Positions 28,861 through 39,806 of a DNA stretch of 64,000 bases are shown here, one piece after another. Source of the stretch: Candidatus Dojkabacteria bacterium (lineage in GTDB: Bacteria; Patescibacteriota; Dojkabacteria; SC72). Made by a program: the position numbers and the translations under genes. The notes under the pieces were generated by a model. That model saw nothing but the letters and a program-made list of their open reading frames with translations, searched no databases and was not told where the DNA came from. The DNA lies in NCBI GenBank assembly GCA_040767225.1, contig JAXGOY010000005.1, positions 749 through 64,748 of the forward strand. Reading direction: 5' to 3'. How positions within the stretch are numbered: position 1 is the stretch's first letter; every line of letters begins with the position of its first letter.

Positions 28861-30742
28861 TTCTTTTTACCTTTTTATATTTTACCTTTTTTAAGATAAA
28901 ATATACAGAAAGGGATAGGAGGAAATATATAAGAATGGGTATAAGCTTAGAAAGAATATCTAAATCAGAGTAACTTTTAATTACTTCCATTTCTTTCTTA
29001 GTTTGTACTCCCTCTATTTTATCTGTTCCTGCAAATGCATTCATTGATACAAATATTTCATCTGGGATGTGCTCTGCTGGAATGTTAAATTTAATATCAT
29101 ATGTTTGACTGGGGAGAATAATTATACTGCTGTTATTTTCTATATAATCAATATATTTTGATAAATCAGGTTTTGAATTGACAATCTCAAGTTTATCTAT
29201 TACTGTTGTTCCTGTATTTGTTAAACTAATGTATCCAAGAAGAAAAGGATCAGTCAGTCTATATGGTTTAAGTATTAGTTCTATATCAAAATTGCTTTTG
29301 TAATTAGTGTTTTCTTTTACAGGTTCTATGGTTAGCTCTCCTTCAACATAGAAAGGAAGTTTTGGAGTGTAAGGATTGGAACTTCTATAGATTAAAGCAA
29401 CATGGTCTTTCATTTCCTTTTTCCATAAAGGAGTTTTTGTATAATCTTCAAGAAATGGTTCTACAATAATCCAATCATTTTGTTCACTGTTATAGTATTC
29501 AGCCCAGAAATGGAATATACCATTTGAGTCATAATTTGAAATATTGCTTAAATATCCAATTACAAATCTAGCTGGGATATTATAATATCTATACAAGGAA
29601 ACAATTGCATCTGCATAATCTTCATCTGTTGCTATATCTTGATTTAAAAGTATCTGTTGTCCACCTAATCTTTCACCTCCCATAAGAGAACCTGCTGATG
29701 AGATATTGGGCTTAAGATTTTCAATTACATATTTATATATTGCTTCATACAAAAGCTCTTTTTCTTCGCTTGTTTCTAGTGAGTTTATATCAGAAAAAGT
29801 ATCTGGGATATTAAGACCGTATGATTGAATATATTTATTCACATGGTTGATAAGTGAGATATTATTTATCTCCCATAATTGTGTCTTTTCAAATTTAGGT
29901 TCTAATTGCTCTGGGTACTGTGAATGATTCATAAAGATATATCCTTGTATTTCAACATCAATACTACTAAGAGGTGCAATACTGTATTGAAGAAGGTAAT
30001 TTCCATCTAAATCTTTGTATGCTTTATCAGGTTGAGGGGTTATATTGTTTACTGTAATATGCTGGAAACTATTGTTTACTGGCAAGGGGATGTCTGCAAT
30101 TATCATTTTATCTCCTGCATTTAGTAAGTTCTTTTTAATAACATATGAATATATTATATTTTCCCCAAATGTTACTTTTACATACTCTGTAATAGGTATT
30201 TCTGTAGTAATTTTAATCTTGTTTTCTACACTTTTAATTTCAAGGATAGTAGCTGAGCACCATGAGATATTTCCTAGTGAAGAAGGATATGTTAGGCTGA
30301 ATTCTTTTGTTTGTGTATTTTTAATTTGTGATAATAGAGATATTGTATTTCCAGATAGTTTTTTGGAGTATGTTATTTTTATAACAGCAGGTTTATCTGG
30401 ATATACAGGGGTTTCTTCTAAATCAATTACAAGGTCGGTTGAATATTCTTTTTTATGAATTGTAAATTCAAGCTCTTTATTTCTACTAATAGAGAATATT
30501 TCTGGGGATATTTCCGTGTCAGGAATCGTTACTGTGTAATATGTAATTACAATTGGACTGTCAGTTGTCTGAAAGGTAAGAAGTACTGTTGTATTTACTG
30601 TTTCTCCATCCCAGTAGTGCTGAAATGAAGATAGCACATTAGGCTGCTGTGCTGAGATTTTTTGTGTACTGAAAAGAGAGAATAGAAATGCAAGACTAAA
30701 TAGTAACAGAATCTTCTTTAAATAACCAAATAAATTTTTCAT
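28853..30742 (-). CDS. Exported transglutaminase-like protein (catalytic Cys apparently lost)
   Basis: DEDYADAIVSLYR..IPARFVIGY, FHFWAEYY, WIIVEP; signal peptide and C-terminal TM. Confidence 0.7.
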   Translation of the reverse strand: MKNLFGYLKKILLLFSLAFLFSLFSTQKISAQQPNVLSSFQHYWDGETVNTTVLLTFQTTDSPIVITYYTVTIPDTEISPEIFSISRNKELEFTIHKKEYSTDLVIDLEETPVYPDKPAVIKITYSKKLSGNTISLLSQIKNTQTKEFSLTYPSSLGNISWCSATILEIKSVENKIKITTEIPITEYVKVTFGENIIYSYVIKKNLLNAGDKMIIADIPLPVNNSFQHITVNNITPQPDKAYKDLDGNYLLQYSIAPLSSIDVEIQGYIFMNHSQYPEQLEPKFEKTQLWEINNISLINHVNKYIQSYGLNIPDTFSDINSLETSEEKELLYEAIYKYVIENLKPNISSAGSLMGGERLGGQQILLNQDIATDEDYADAIVSLYRYYNIPARFVIGYLSNISNYDSNGIFHFWAEYYNSEQNDWIIVEPFLEDYTKTPLWKKEMKDHVALIYRSSNPYTPKLPFYVEGELTIEPVKENTNYKSNFDIELILKPYRLTDPFLLGYISLTNTGTTVIDKLEIVNSKPDLSKYIDYIENNSSIIILPSQTYDIKFNIPAEHIPDEIFVSMNAFAGTDKIEGVQTKKEMEVIKSYSDLDILSKLIPILIYFLLSLSVYFILKKVKYKKVKRNG

Positions 30743-31430
30743 ATTTTCTCATTATTTGTTTTACAATTGGTGTACCGTTTCTTATCCCATACTTTGACAG
30801 TAGTTTGCTCATATCAAGCTTCTCAGGTTCTTCTACCATTTTGTATTCAGGATTTCTAACAATTTCCTGCTTTGCATTCTTTCTAATTATATAATAGGAC
30901 ATTCCTCTTTTATCATCAAGGACAATTCTTGGTTTAGCTTTTCTAGAGTGTATTTCAAGAACGATAAGATTAGAATTTTGTCTTGAGTTAATTATAGAAC
31001 ATGTGTATCCAGCAGGAACAATTATTTTATCTCCTTTCTTAACTGTTAACTTTATAACTCTGTTATTAGTTTGAGATTCATATTTCTGAAGTAGTATTGT
31101 TCCACTTCCATATGTTATTTCAAGTATTCTTGGGTATTTTTTACATCTTGTTGCAAATGTTTTTACATATTCTATTCCTGCAAGATTAGCATATATTAAA
31201 TACATGTTTATTTTTATTCCTTTCTTCCTAAACACATTATCTTTATCAATATCCTTGTACTTTTTATAGAATATTTCAGGACAATCTAAATCTTCATTAA
31301 GAAGTTGTGGACGAATATCGTTAATACAGATTGTTGATACTTCTGATACTGTTAATCCTTGGGGCAAAAGATCATTTCCGATGTATGTAATAGGCAACCC
31401 ACTGGATTGCTTAAGGTCAATTCTTGCCAT
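30696..31430 (-). CDS. Cupin glucose-6-phosphate isomerase-like protein (degenerate metal site)
   Basis: EYVKT, G.GTILLQ, GDKIIVPAGY..IN, KRGMSYY, NPEY. Confidence 0.6.
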   Translation of the reverse strand: MARIDLKQSSGLPITYIGNDLLPQGLTVSEVSTICINDIRPQLLNEDLDCPEIFYKKYKDIDKDNVFRKKGIKINMYLIYANLAGIEYVKTFATRCKKYPRILEITYGSGTILLQKYESQTNNRVIKLTVKKGDKIIVPAGYTCSIINSRQNSNLIVLEIHSRKAKPRIVLDDKRGMSYYIIRKNAKQEIVRNPEYKMVEEPEKLDMSKLLSKYGIRNGTPIVKQIMRKYEKFIWLFKEDSVTI

Positions 31431-31455
31431 ATGAGTGGATTATACCATAAAGGGA

Positions 31456-31743
31456 TTAATCTGTCTTTCTAAGTGTTTTTGATAGTTCAGATAGAATAAA
31501 AGCAATAATAGCATAGAAAATTAGAGAAACAATTGGTGTAAGCTCTATCCTTAATTTATCAATATATACCTCATCTGCAACAATACCCCTGAATGGAGAA
31601 ATTAAAACATCAGACATACTATATATCCAGTTAACAAAAGAATTAGCTTGATTAGCTCCTATTAGGGACATAACAATGCGAAAGATTATTACTGTTTCTG
31701 CAAATGTTATTACTATGTAAAGTAGTTTAAAAATGAATCTCAT
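31456..31743 (-). CDS. YggT family membrane protein
   Basis: RIVMSL.GAN..N.FV.WIY..SD.LISPFRGI. Confidence 0.8.
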   Translation of the reverse strand: MRFIFKLLYIVITFAETVIIFRIVMSLIGANQANSFVNWIYSMSDVLISPFRGIVADEVYIDKLRIELTPIVSLIFYAIIAFILSELSKTLRKTD

Positions 31744-31752
31744 ATCTTTTTG

Positions 31753-32481
31753 TTAATTAAGATTATCTACATAATATTTTAGCTCTCTCATATATCTTGA
31801 GACACCACTAGACCACACATGAGCAGGGTTAAGCCAGCATGGAGGACAGTAGTACTGTTCAATTTGAAAAGGTGTTTTATCAGTTCCATATCCCTGCGCA
31901 AGACCTCTTGTTACTTCTGCAATACCTTCATCCCATGTTGCGAACTGACTCCATCCATCTGCATTTTTATTCTTTCCTCTCCAACCCCATGCATTGTGTG
32001 TTCCCTTTGGTATTATATTCCCAAATGCAGACTCAACTCCAGATATAGAGGCAACAAGTCTCCAATCAAGTCCATATTTATCTGCCTCTGTTATAAATGT
32101 CTTAGCATATGGATACATAGGGGAGTTGTAATCAAACAAAAACTTTTGCATTGCAATAACTCTTGGATCTTCAATTTTAATGTCTCCATTATCAGTATAT
32201 TTTTTTGTTACATCAGAATTGGCTAATGTACTAATTGCATATTCACTAGCATATACCTCTTGTCCATAAAGAGGGGTTAGATAGTTTAATGTTACCTCCT
32301 TGCTCCCCCTTATATATTCCAGCATTGACTTATTAATTGTCTTTTGAAGTACTGGAAAAATTAAAAGAAAGTAGACTGATGTAAATATTATAAATAGATA
32401 TATTCTAAATGTATTAGATATTAAAAATGGCTTTTTGGGCCTGACTTTTTTAACCATACTTGAAATATGTAGGGTATCCAT
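31753..32481 (-). CDS. Membrane-anchored lysozyme-fold / glucosaminidase-like protein
   Basis: ADKYGLDWRLVASISGVESAFG, HNAWGW; start at 32481 supported by upstream TATACT. Confidence 0.65.
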   Translation of the reverse strand: MDTLHISSMVKKVRPKKPFLISNTFRIYLFIIFTSVYFLLIFPVLQKTINKSMLEYIRGSKEVTLNYLTPLYGQEVYASEYAISTLANSDVTKKYTDNGDIKIEDPRVIAMQKFLFDYNSPMYPYAKTFITEADKYGLDWRLVASISGVESAFGNIIPKGTHNAWGWRGKNKNADGWSQFATWDEGIAEVTRGLAQGYGTDKTPFQIEQYYCPPCWLNPAHVWSSGVSRYMRELKYYVDNLN

Positions 32482-32520
32482 ATAATCTAGTATATCAGAA
32501 CTAGATGAGCTGTAAAATAT

Positions 32521-35500
32521 ATGTTTACCCATTTGCATTTGCATACAGAGTATTCTCTGCTTGATGCTACAATTCGGTTGTCTGATTTAATACAGAAACT
32601 TCAGGATAGTGGAATGAAGGCATGTGCTATTACAGACCATGGGAATATGTATGGAGCATATAAATTTGTTTCTGCAATGAGAGAAGCAGGATTAAAGCCT
32701 ATACTTGGATGTGAGATATATATTGCTCCTAGGGGTATGGATAAAAAGGATTTTGGAATTGATAATAAATATTTCCATTTAGTACTTCTTGCTAAAAATC
32801 TACAAGGATACAAAAATCTTGCTAAGATAGTTTCTATTGCTCATATGGAAGGCTTTTATTATAGACCTCGTATAGATATTGAGACACTATCTAAATATAC
32901 AGATGGGTTAATTGCTCTTTCTGCATGTTTGGTAGGACCTATTTCTGTTCCTTTACTGGAGGGTAAATATGAAAAGGCATTGGAAACTGCAAAGAGATAT
33001 TCTGAGATGTTTAAGGATAATTTCTTTATTGAGCTTCAAAGAAATGGAATGAAAGAGCAGGAGATTGTTAATGAAGGGCTTTTAAAGATTGCAAAAGAGT
33101 TAGATTTACCAATTGTTGCTACATGTGATTCTCATTACTTAAACAAAGAAGATGCTCAGATTCAAGAAATTATGTGGTGTATTGCAGATGGGAAGAGCTG
33201 GGATGATCCTGAAAGGAGAATGATGCCTACCAATGAGTTTTATGTTAAAACGCCAAAGGAAATGGAGGAACTCTTTAAAGATTTACCTGAGGCTATACAG
33301 AATACTCAAAAAATTACAGATATGATTGAAGAATATGATATTACATTTGATAGAATTGAACCTAAATATCTTGATTTACCAAAAGGAGAAACTTCTAAAT
33401 CATATCTAAGGAAATTAGCTCTTGAGGGAATGAAAAAGAAGTATGATGAGATAACAGATTCATTAAAAGAAAGGGTTGAGTATGAATTAAAGATAATAGA
33501 TGACAAGATGTACAATGATTATTTCCTAGTTGTTAGAGATTTTGTAATGTTTTGTAGGCAGAATGGAATTGTTGTTGGTATGAGAGGATCAGGATGTGGT
33601 TCTGTTGTTGCATACTGTACAGATATTACAGATATTGAGCCAATATCATGGGAGTTGTATTTTGAAAGATTCTTAAATCCTGAAAGAGACTCTCCGCCTG
33701 ATTTTGATATTGACATTGCAGATCAAAGAAGAGATGAGCTGATACAATATACAATTCAAAAATATGGATTTGATAATGTTAAACAAATAGGGACATTTAG
33801 TAAGTTTCAAACAAGGCAAGCAATTAAAGATGTAGGAAGAGTCTTAGGGGTTGAACTAAGTGTAACTGACAAGCTGGCAAAAATGGTTGAAATTCTCTTC
33901 GGAAAATCAAGGGATATTGACTATATGATAGAGCATAATCCTGAATTTAGGGAGGTAATATACTCTTCAGAGAAGACAAAAAGATTAGTTGATATTGTTA
34001 AAAAAATAGCTGGTATGTGTAGAGGTGTATCTACTCATGCATGTGGGATTGTAGTTACACCTCAGCCAGTTACTGAGTACTGCCCTATTCAAAAGGATGC
34101 ACATGGAGAAGGAATAGGGATGACACAATTCGAAATGACAGATTTAGAGCATATTGGGTTAATGAAATTTGATTTTCTTGGTTTAAGAAACCTTAATGTA
34201 ATAGGGGAGGCAATAACAAAGATAAAAGTAAATAAAGGAATTGATATTAATCTTCATAAGATTGATTATAACGATAAAGAGGTGTTTGACCTTATCCAGA
34301 GTGGACATACTGTTGGAATTTTTCAGCTGGAAAGCGAAGGTATGAAAAGGTCCATTAAAGCTCTTAAACCACATAGCTTAGAAGATATCTGTTATCTTCT
34401 TGCTGCATATAGACCTGGACCAATGCAATATATCTCTGAATATGTTGCAGTTAAACATGGTAAACAGAAACCAGATTATATCTTTCCAGAGCTTGAACCT
34501 GTCCTTTCTGTTACTTATGGAGTAATTACATATCAAGAACAGGTTATGAAAATTGCTCAAGTTATTGCAGGTTACTCACTTGGTGCTGCTGATCTGCTTA
34601 GAAGAGCAATGGGTAAAAAGAAGATGGATATAATGGAAAAGGAGAAGCCCAAATTTATTGAAGGTGCTAAGAAGAATGGTTTTGATGAAAAGAAGGTAGA
34701 AAAACTTTGGGATAAATTAGTACAGTTTGCAAATTATGGATTTAACAAAGCACACAGTGCATCATATGCTACAGTTGCATATTGGACTGCATATCTTAAA
34801 ACCCACTTCCCACTTGAATATATGGCAGCACTTTTAGAAGGTGATTTAGATAATTTTAACAGAGTAATTATTGATCTTAATGAATGTGAGAGATTAGGTA
34901 TTGATGTACTTCCACCTACAATAAATAAAAGCAAATTTTACTTTACAATTGAAGGAGATAGTAGTATCAGATATGGTCTTGGTGGTATTAAAAATATAGG
35001 GAATGATATTGTAAAAAGTATTGTAGAAGAAAGAAAGAAAAATGGCCAGTTTAAGAGCCTAGATGATTTTGTAAGAAGGATGTATAAAAGAGGAATCCAG
35101 AAAAGAGCAATAGAGTATCTAATTATGTCGGGAACAATGGATGAGTTTGGAGAAAGAAATGCTCTTTTAGCTGTTCTGCCTAGTATTTATGAAAAAGAGA
35201 AGAAGAACAATAGTGGAGTGAATACAGGTCAAATTGACATATTTTCTCTTGCAGGAAACAATTTAGAAGTTAGTACTCAAGCAAAAGAGACTCCACTTCC
35301 TGATGTAGAGAAAGCTCCAAGATATCAAATACTTCAATGGGAGAAAGAGCTTCTTGGAATATATTTCTCTAGTCATCCTCTTGATAATCTTCAAACCTTT
35401 TTTGAATCAAAAAAAGTAAAGCAGATTTCTGATGCTATTGAAAATGGTAAAGATAATGAACTGTTTCTTCTTGGTGTTATGGTAAACAAGATAAGAAAGA

Positions 35501-35919
35501 TAACAACAAGAAAAGGAGAGGTTATGGCATTTTTAACTGTTGAAGATAAATCTGGTATGACAGAGATAGTTATGTTTCCTAAATTGTATAAACAGTTAAG
35601 AGAAAAGCTAGAAGGGAACAAACCAATGCTTGTTGAGGTAAGAGTATCTATTAAAGACGGAAAAAGCAGTCTGATAATGGAAAAGGGTGAGTATATTGAT
35701 GAATCTAAATATGGTGATAATTTTGATGGTGTTACATTTAGAATAAGACAGGAGCATACAGAAGATGAAATAAAGGCATTAAAAGAGTATATTTCTTCTT
35801 CTAATGGTGATATACCAGTTAGAATAATTGTAAATGGAGGGAATAGAAGTAAGAGTGTACTGCTGCAAAAAAAGATAGAAATGAATAGTGAAACTAAAAA
35901 ATGGCTTAGAAGGTTCTGA
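32521..35919 (+). CDS. dnaE: DNA polymerase III alpha subunit
   Basis: HLHTEYSLLD, PDFDID, KFDFLGL, YGFNKAH. Confidence 0.98.
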   Translation: MFTHLHLHTEYSLLDATIRLSDLIQKLQDSGMKACAITDHGNMYGAYKFVSAMREAGLKPILGCEIYIAPRGMDKKDFGIDNKYFHLVLLAKNLQGYKNLAKIVSIAHMEGFYYRPRIDIETLSKYTDGLIALSACLVGPISVPLLEGKYEKALETAKRYSEMFKDNFFIELQRNGMKEQEIVNEGLLKIAKELDLPIVATCDSHYLNKEDAQIQEIMWCIADGKSWDDPERRMMPTNEFYVKTPKEMEELFKDLPEAIQNTQKITDMIEEYDITFDRIEPKYLDLPKGETSKSYLRKLALEGMKKKYDEITDSLKERVEYELKIIDDKMYNDYFLVVRDFVMFCRQNGIVVGMRGSGCGSVVAYCTDITDIEPISWELYFERFLNPERDSPPDFDIDIADQRRDELIQYTIQKYGFDNVKQIGTFSKFQTRQAIKDVGRVLGVELSVTDKLAKMVEILFGKSRDIDYMIEHNPEFREVIYSSEKTKRLVDIVKKIAGMCRGVSTHACGIVVTPQPVTEYCPIQKDAHGEGIGMTQFEMTDLEHIGLMKFDFLGLRNLNVIGEAITKIKVNKGIDINLHKIDYNDKEVFDLIQSGHTVGIFQLESEGMKRSIKALKPHSLEDICYLLAAYRPGPMQYISEYVAVKHGKQKPDYIFPELEPVLSVTYGVITYQEQVMKIAQVIAGYSLGAADLLRRAMGKKKMDIMEKEKPKFIEGAKKNGFDEKKVEKLWDKLVQFANYGFNKAHSASYATVAYWTAYLKTHFPLEYMAALLEGDLDNFNRVIIDLNECERLGIDVLPPTINKSKFYFTIEGDSSIRYGLGGIKNIGNDIVKSIVEERKKNGQFKSLDDFVRRMYKRGIQKRAIEYLIMSGTMDEFGERNALLAVLPSIYEKEKKNNSGVNTGQIDIFSLAGNNLEVSTQAKETPLPDVEKAPRYQILQWEKELLGIYFSSHPLDNLQTFFESKKVKQISDAIENGKDNELFLLGVMVNKIRKITTRKGEVMAFLTVEDKSGMTEIVMFPKLYKQLREKLEGNKPMLVEVRVSIKDGKSSLIMEKGEYIDESKYGDNFDGVTFRIRQEHTEDEIKALKEYISSSNGDIPVRIIVNGGNRSKSVLLQKKIEMNSETKKWLRRF

Positions 35920-35932
35920 TGTATAATACAGT

Positions 35933-37396
35933 GTGAACAAGAGGATTTATCAAAAAATTAATACACTCCCCAGTACAAGTGGAATATATAAATTCCTTGA
36001 TAAAGATAACAATATCCTTTATATAGGCAAAGCAATTAATCTAAAAAGAAGAGTATCATCTTACTTTAAAGATACCCTTTATGACAGACCGTATATAGTA
36101 AAAATGCTTCCCTTTATATCTGATGTAGAGGTTATTGAAACAAATAATGAAATAGAGGCATTAGTATTAGAATCTGCACTTGTAAGAAAGTTTAAACCAA
36201 AGTTTAACAGTGAACTTAAAGATGACAAATCGTATGCATGGATATATATAAACACACAAGATAAATTCCCTACTGTAAAGATTGTAAGGACAATAAGAAA
36301 GGGAGAGTATGAAAAAGGAAGATTATTTGGTCCATATCCTAGTGGATACACAATTAAGAGAGTATATTCATACCTAAGGAAATTATATCCGTTTTGTACA
36401 TGTAAGAATCATGATTGTGCTCACTCTCTTTACTATCATATAGGTTTATGCCCTGGTCCATATATTGGTGCAATATCAGAGAAAGATTATAGAAAGAATA
36501 TTAACAACATCATTAAATTTCTTTCTGGGAAACAGCAGAATCATATTAAAAGACTTGAGAAAGAGATGAAAGAGTATTCTCAAAAGCAGGAGTATGAAAA
36601 AGCTTCCCAGTTAAGAGATAGGATAAAAGATTTAAAATATATTAGCCAAGATATTGATTTTACATATTATGATGATGCTCTCTCATATGAAAGTAGGAGA
36701 GACAAAGCAAGAAAGAGCAGTTTTAACTATCTTGGTATGGAGTTAAACATTCCTAATCTTCATAGAATTGAATGTTTTGACATATCAAACATACAAGGTA
36801 AAAATGCATATGGCTCTATGGTAGTAGCAGAAGATGGAAAATTAAACAGATCTGAATACAGGATATTTAAAATTAAGGGAGAGGATAAACCTAATGATTA
36901 TAAAATGCTTAGAGAGGTACTTAAAAGAAGATTTAAGGATAAAAACAAAAAAGTTGATCTTGTACTAATTGATGGGGGAAAGGGACAGTTAAATGCAGTA
37001 AAGGACATTATTCCTAAAAGAGTATCACTTATGGGTATTTCAAAAGGTAGGTACCTAAAAAGGAGAGGGAGGAGTTCTATTGATGAGTTTTGGATATTAA
37101 AAGATGGGAATGTATACAGAATAGATATAGCAAGTCCTGAAATATTAATAGACCTTAGAAATGAGGCACATAGATTTGCAATATCATATTTTAGAAAAAG
37201 AAGTATTAAAGAATCTAAGAAGTCTGAGTTAGATAACATTGAAGGTGTAGGAGAGAAAAGAAAAAAGGAGCTTTTAAAGAATTTTAAGAGTGTTGAAAAT
37301 ATTAAAAAAGCAAGTTATGAAGACATATATCCTGTTGTAAAGAATAAGCGAGTTGCTGAGGAAATTTTAAAATACTTTTCTAATCATCAGCATTAA
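35933..37396 (+). CDS. uvrC: Excinuclease ABC subunit C
   Basis: GIY-YIG, RIECFDISN, LIDGGKGQ, RNEAHRFA, HhH. Confidence 0.96.
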   Translation: MNKRIYQKINTLPSTSGIYKFLDKDNNILYIGKAINLKRRVSSYFKDTLYDRPYIVKMLPFISDVEVIETNNEIEALVLESALVRKFKPKFNSELKDDKSYAWIYINTQDKFPTVKIVRTIRKGEYEKGRLFGPYPSGYTIKRVYSYLRKLYPFCTCKNHDCAHSLYYHIGLCPGPYIGAISEKDYRKNINNIIKFLSGKQQNHIKRLEKEMKEYSQKQEYEKASQLRDRIKDLKYISQDIDFTYYDDALSYESRRDKARKSSFNYLGMELNIPNLHRIECFDISNIQGKNAYGSMVVAEDGKLNRSEYRIFKIKGEDKPNDYKMLREVLKRRFKDKNKKVDLVLIDGGKGQLNAVKDIIPKRVSLMGISKGRYLKRRGRSSIDEFWILKDGNVYRIDIASPEILIDLRNEAHRFAISYFRKRSIKESKKSELDNIEGVGEKRKKELLKNFKSVENIKKASYEDIYPVVKNKRVAEEILKYFSNHQH

Positions 37397-38477
37397 AAGG
37401 TTTGATGTTTTCAATAATATATCCAAGCAGAGGAGAATCTGCTTGAGATGAAGATATTACATATACAATTGAATTATATGTATTTGCAACAGTATATGCA
37501 GTTGTATTTACAGAGTTTATCTGTAATGTTGATTTTAGCCCTATTGTATCCCTAAATGAAACAGGAACACTATTCAATATTCCACAGCTAATTTCTTGTT
37601 CTTTCTTAATCTGGCAGTAATCATAAAGATATGCATCTAAATCTTTTTCTTTCCATTTTCCCATAGGGTATATCTCAACTATTTCACTACTTCCAAGTTT
37701 TTGAAATGATACACCTCTTAATTCATCTAGGGTAGTTGGGAAATATTTAATAAGATATTCTTTTGGAATCTCTATTTTCCATGGATAATCAGGGAGTAAT
37801 GTTTGTTTCTCTGAACTTGCCATTAACATTTCTCTTTCAATTTCTTCTTTCACAAGCCTGCTTAAAGCCTCTCTTGCATCACTTTCGGTAAGAGTCTCGT
37901 ACCATATATCTTTGTATTTAACATATATTCTTAATCCAATACCATTCTTTACCCAATACATACCATATTTTTTATCTGGTGTCCCAATAGGGACATTTTG
38001 TACAAGTTCCCAGCCAAGATTTTTTAGCTTTTCAGTATAATATTCTTCAACATTTTTCTGTGTTGTCTCCTTTGGTAATCTATATACAGATTTTCCAGAC
38101 GAAATAAACTCTTTAACAACAGAATCGTTCAGGTTGTCTTTAAATAGAAAATATGAGTTTGGATATGTTGGGATATCTTTTAAACCAATTACATTTTCAA
38201 TAGCATATTCTTTTTCTCCATATGCATTTTGTCTAAGTTGAATAATATAGTTAACAGCAAGGTAAAGAACTCCTCCAACTGCTCCTACAATTAAGAGGAG
38301 AGCGATATATTTAAAAAGGTTGTTTTTTCTTTTTCTTACTGTATATTTGTTATTTTTCTTCTTGAATACATCTTTTATATGTATCTTACTCTTCTTTCTT
38401 CTTTTTATATCTGCTTTTACAGGTGGTTTAGGCATAAGTATTGGACTTCTTTCTTTTTTGTTTTTCTTTTTTCTCAT
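37380..38477 (-). CDS. Hypothetical bitopic membrane protein
   Basis: Basic N-terminus, single TM, large soluble domain. Confidence 0.65.
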   Translation of the reverse strand: MRKKKNKKERSPILMPKPPVKADIKRRKKSKIHIKDVFKKKNNKYTVRKRKNNLFKYIALLLIVGAVGGVLYLAVNYIIQLRQNAYGEKEYAIENVIGLKDIPTYPNSYFLFKDNLNDSVVKEFISSGKSVYRLPKETTQKNVEEYYTEKLKNLGWELVQNVPIGTPDKKYGMYWVKNGIGLRIYVKYKDIWYETLTESDAREALSRLVKEEIEREMLMASSEKQTLLPDYPWKIEIPKEYLIKYFPTTLDELRGVSFQKLGSSEIVEIYPMGKWKEKDLDAYLYDYCQIKKEQEISCGILNSVPVSFRDTIGLKSTLQINSVNTTAYTVANTYNSIVYVISSSQADSPLLGYIIENIKPFNADD

Positions 38478-38547
38478 ATATACAAGATAATATGAAAGTA
38501 TTAATATTTCAATGATATATTTAGTGTAGTATAATCTAAAAGAATTT

Positions 38548-38621
38548 TGCGGGATCGTCTAAAGGTAGGACACCGGCCTTTGAAGCCGAGAATCATAGTT
38601 CGAATCTATGTCCCGCAACCA
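38548..38621 (+). tRNA. tRNA-Gln(TTG)
   Basis: TGCGGGA...TCCCGCA-A-CCA; anticodon loop CTTTGAA. Confidence 0.94.
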
Positions 38622-38638
38622 TTTTTAGTAACCATCTT

Positions 38639-39638
38639 ATGAATGTTTTTATTGATATAATAATACTCTGTATATGTTTTTTCCTTCTGATTGTTGGATC
38701 AGAGTGGGTAATGAAAGGAGCTGTAGCATTAGCAAGAAGGCTTAATGTGAGTGAGCTTGTTATTGCCTCAACTATAATAGCATTGGGTACAGGTCTTCCC
38801 ACTATTGCAGTTAATTTGTTTTTAGTTTTAGGAAATTCAAATGGGGTTGATGTTGCTATCGGTAATGCACTTGGTACAAATTTTGTAAATATAGGACTAG
38901 GTTTTGGTATTCCTGCACTCCTTCTTACCATTGTTACAAAATATGAGGTTTTTGAAAAAGAAATACCTATATATTTAGGGATATGTTCTCTTCTTACCTG
39001 TTTTATGCTTGATTCAAAGATAACTAGAGTAGAAGGATTAATATTACTTTTTGCATATATATTTGCTCTGTTTATTATTTATCAATATTCCGTTAGGGAA
39101 AGATTAAAAGATGCAGATAAGGAAGAGATTGATGTTGATACAAGTACTATATCAACAATTACTACAGAAGGATTAACTATTTTAAAATCTTTGTTATACA
39201 TTATATGTGGTTTTTTGCTTTTAATTCTTTCTTCATTATGTCTTAATAACATGACAGGGAGATTAGTTTTAGATTTTAATATTTCTGAATATGTCCTTGG
39301 ACTTACAATTATTGGTATTGGAACATCAATTCCTATGATTTATACATCAATTAGATCTGCAAAGAAAGGATATACAGACATTATTGTAGGAAATGTGTTT
39401 GGAAGTACAATTGCAAATATTGCACTTGGTGCAGGACTTCCAGCTGTTATAACTCCAATTGCTCTTAATCAAGAGGCATTAAATGATATTTATTATTTCG
39501 GAATTTTAAATATGATAGTAATATTTGCTTATTGATTGAGATGAAACTACTTGGGAAGACAAAACACTTAACTGGGTATCAGGATTAGTAATTATCGTAT
39601 TCTATGTAGTTTATCTTGGTTCTAAGTTTATTCATTAG
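38639..39638 (+). CDS. Calcium/sodium antiporter (CaCA, YrbG-like); 3' end frameshifted
   Basis: Two alpha repeats GTGLPT/GNALGTN and GTSIPM/GNVFGS. The ORF stops at 39535, but the natural end (...LGSKFIH*) is at 39638 by comparison with the intact right repeat copy. Confidence 0.85.
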
Positions 39639-39675
39639 CTATTTTCTAAATCTAGGTGATAAATCAATTCTTCTT
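39488..39675 (+). repeat. Left copy of ~190 bp imperfect direct repeat (antiporter 3' end plus NAD kinase 3' end)
   Basis: Aligns with 45806-45995 with about 10 substitutions and 2 single-base deletions (counted by eye). Confidence 0.95.
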
Positions 39676-39806
39676 GCAGCAAGATAAGGTTTTTAAAGAA
39701 TATTTTATAAGTGAGTTTTAGAACTTTATTGAAAGGGTTTTAAATTGCTTGATATTATAATGAATATAAATAATTGCTTGTAATTAATCAAAAACAAAAT
39801 TAAATT

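Noticed and set aside
32482-32544. Head-to-head overlap of dnaE with the lysozyme-like ORF
   Set aside because: This is an artifact of longest-ORF calling; the ATG at 32481 has its own -10 element and removes the overlap.
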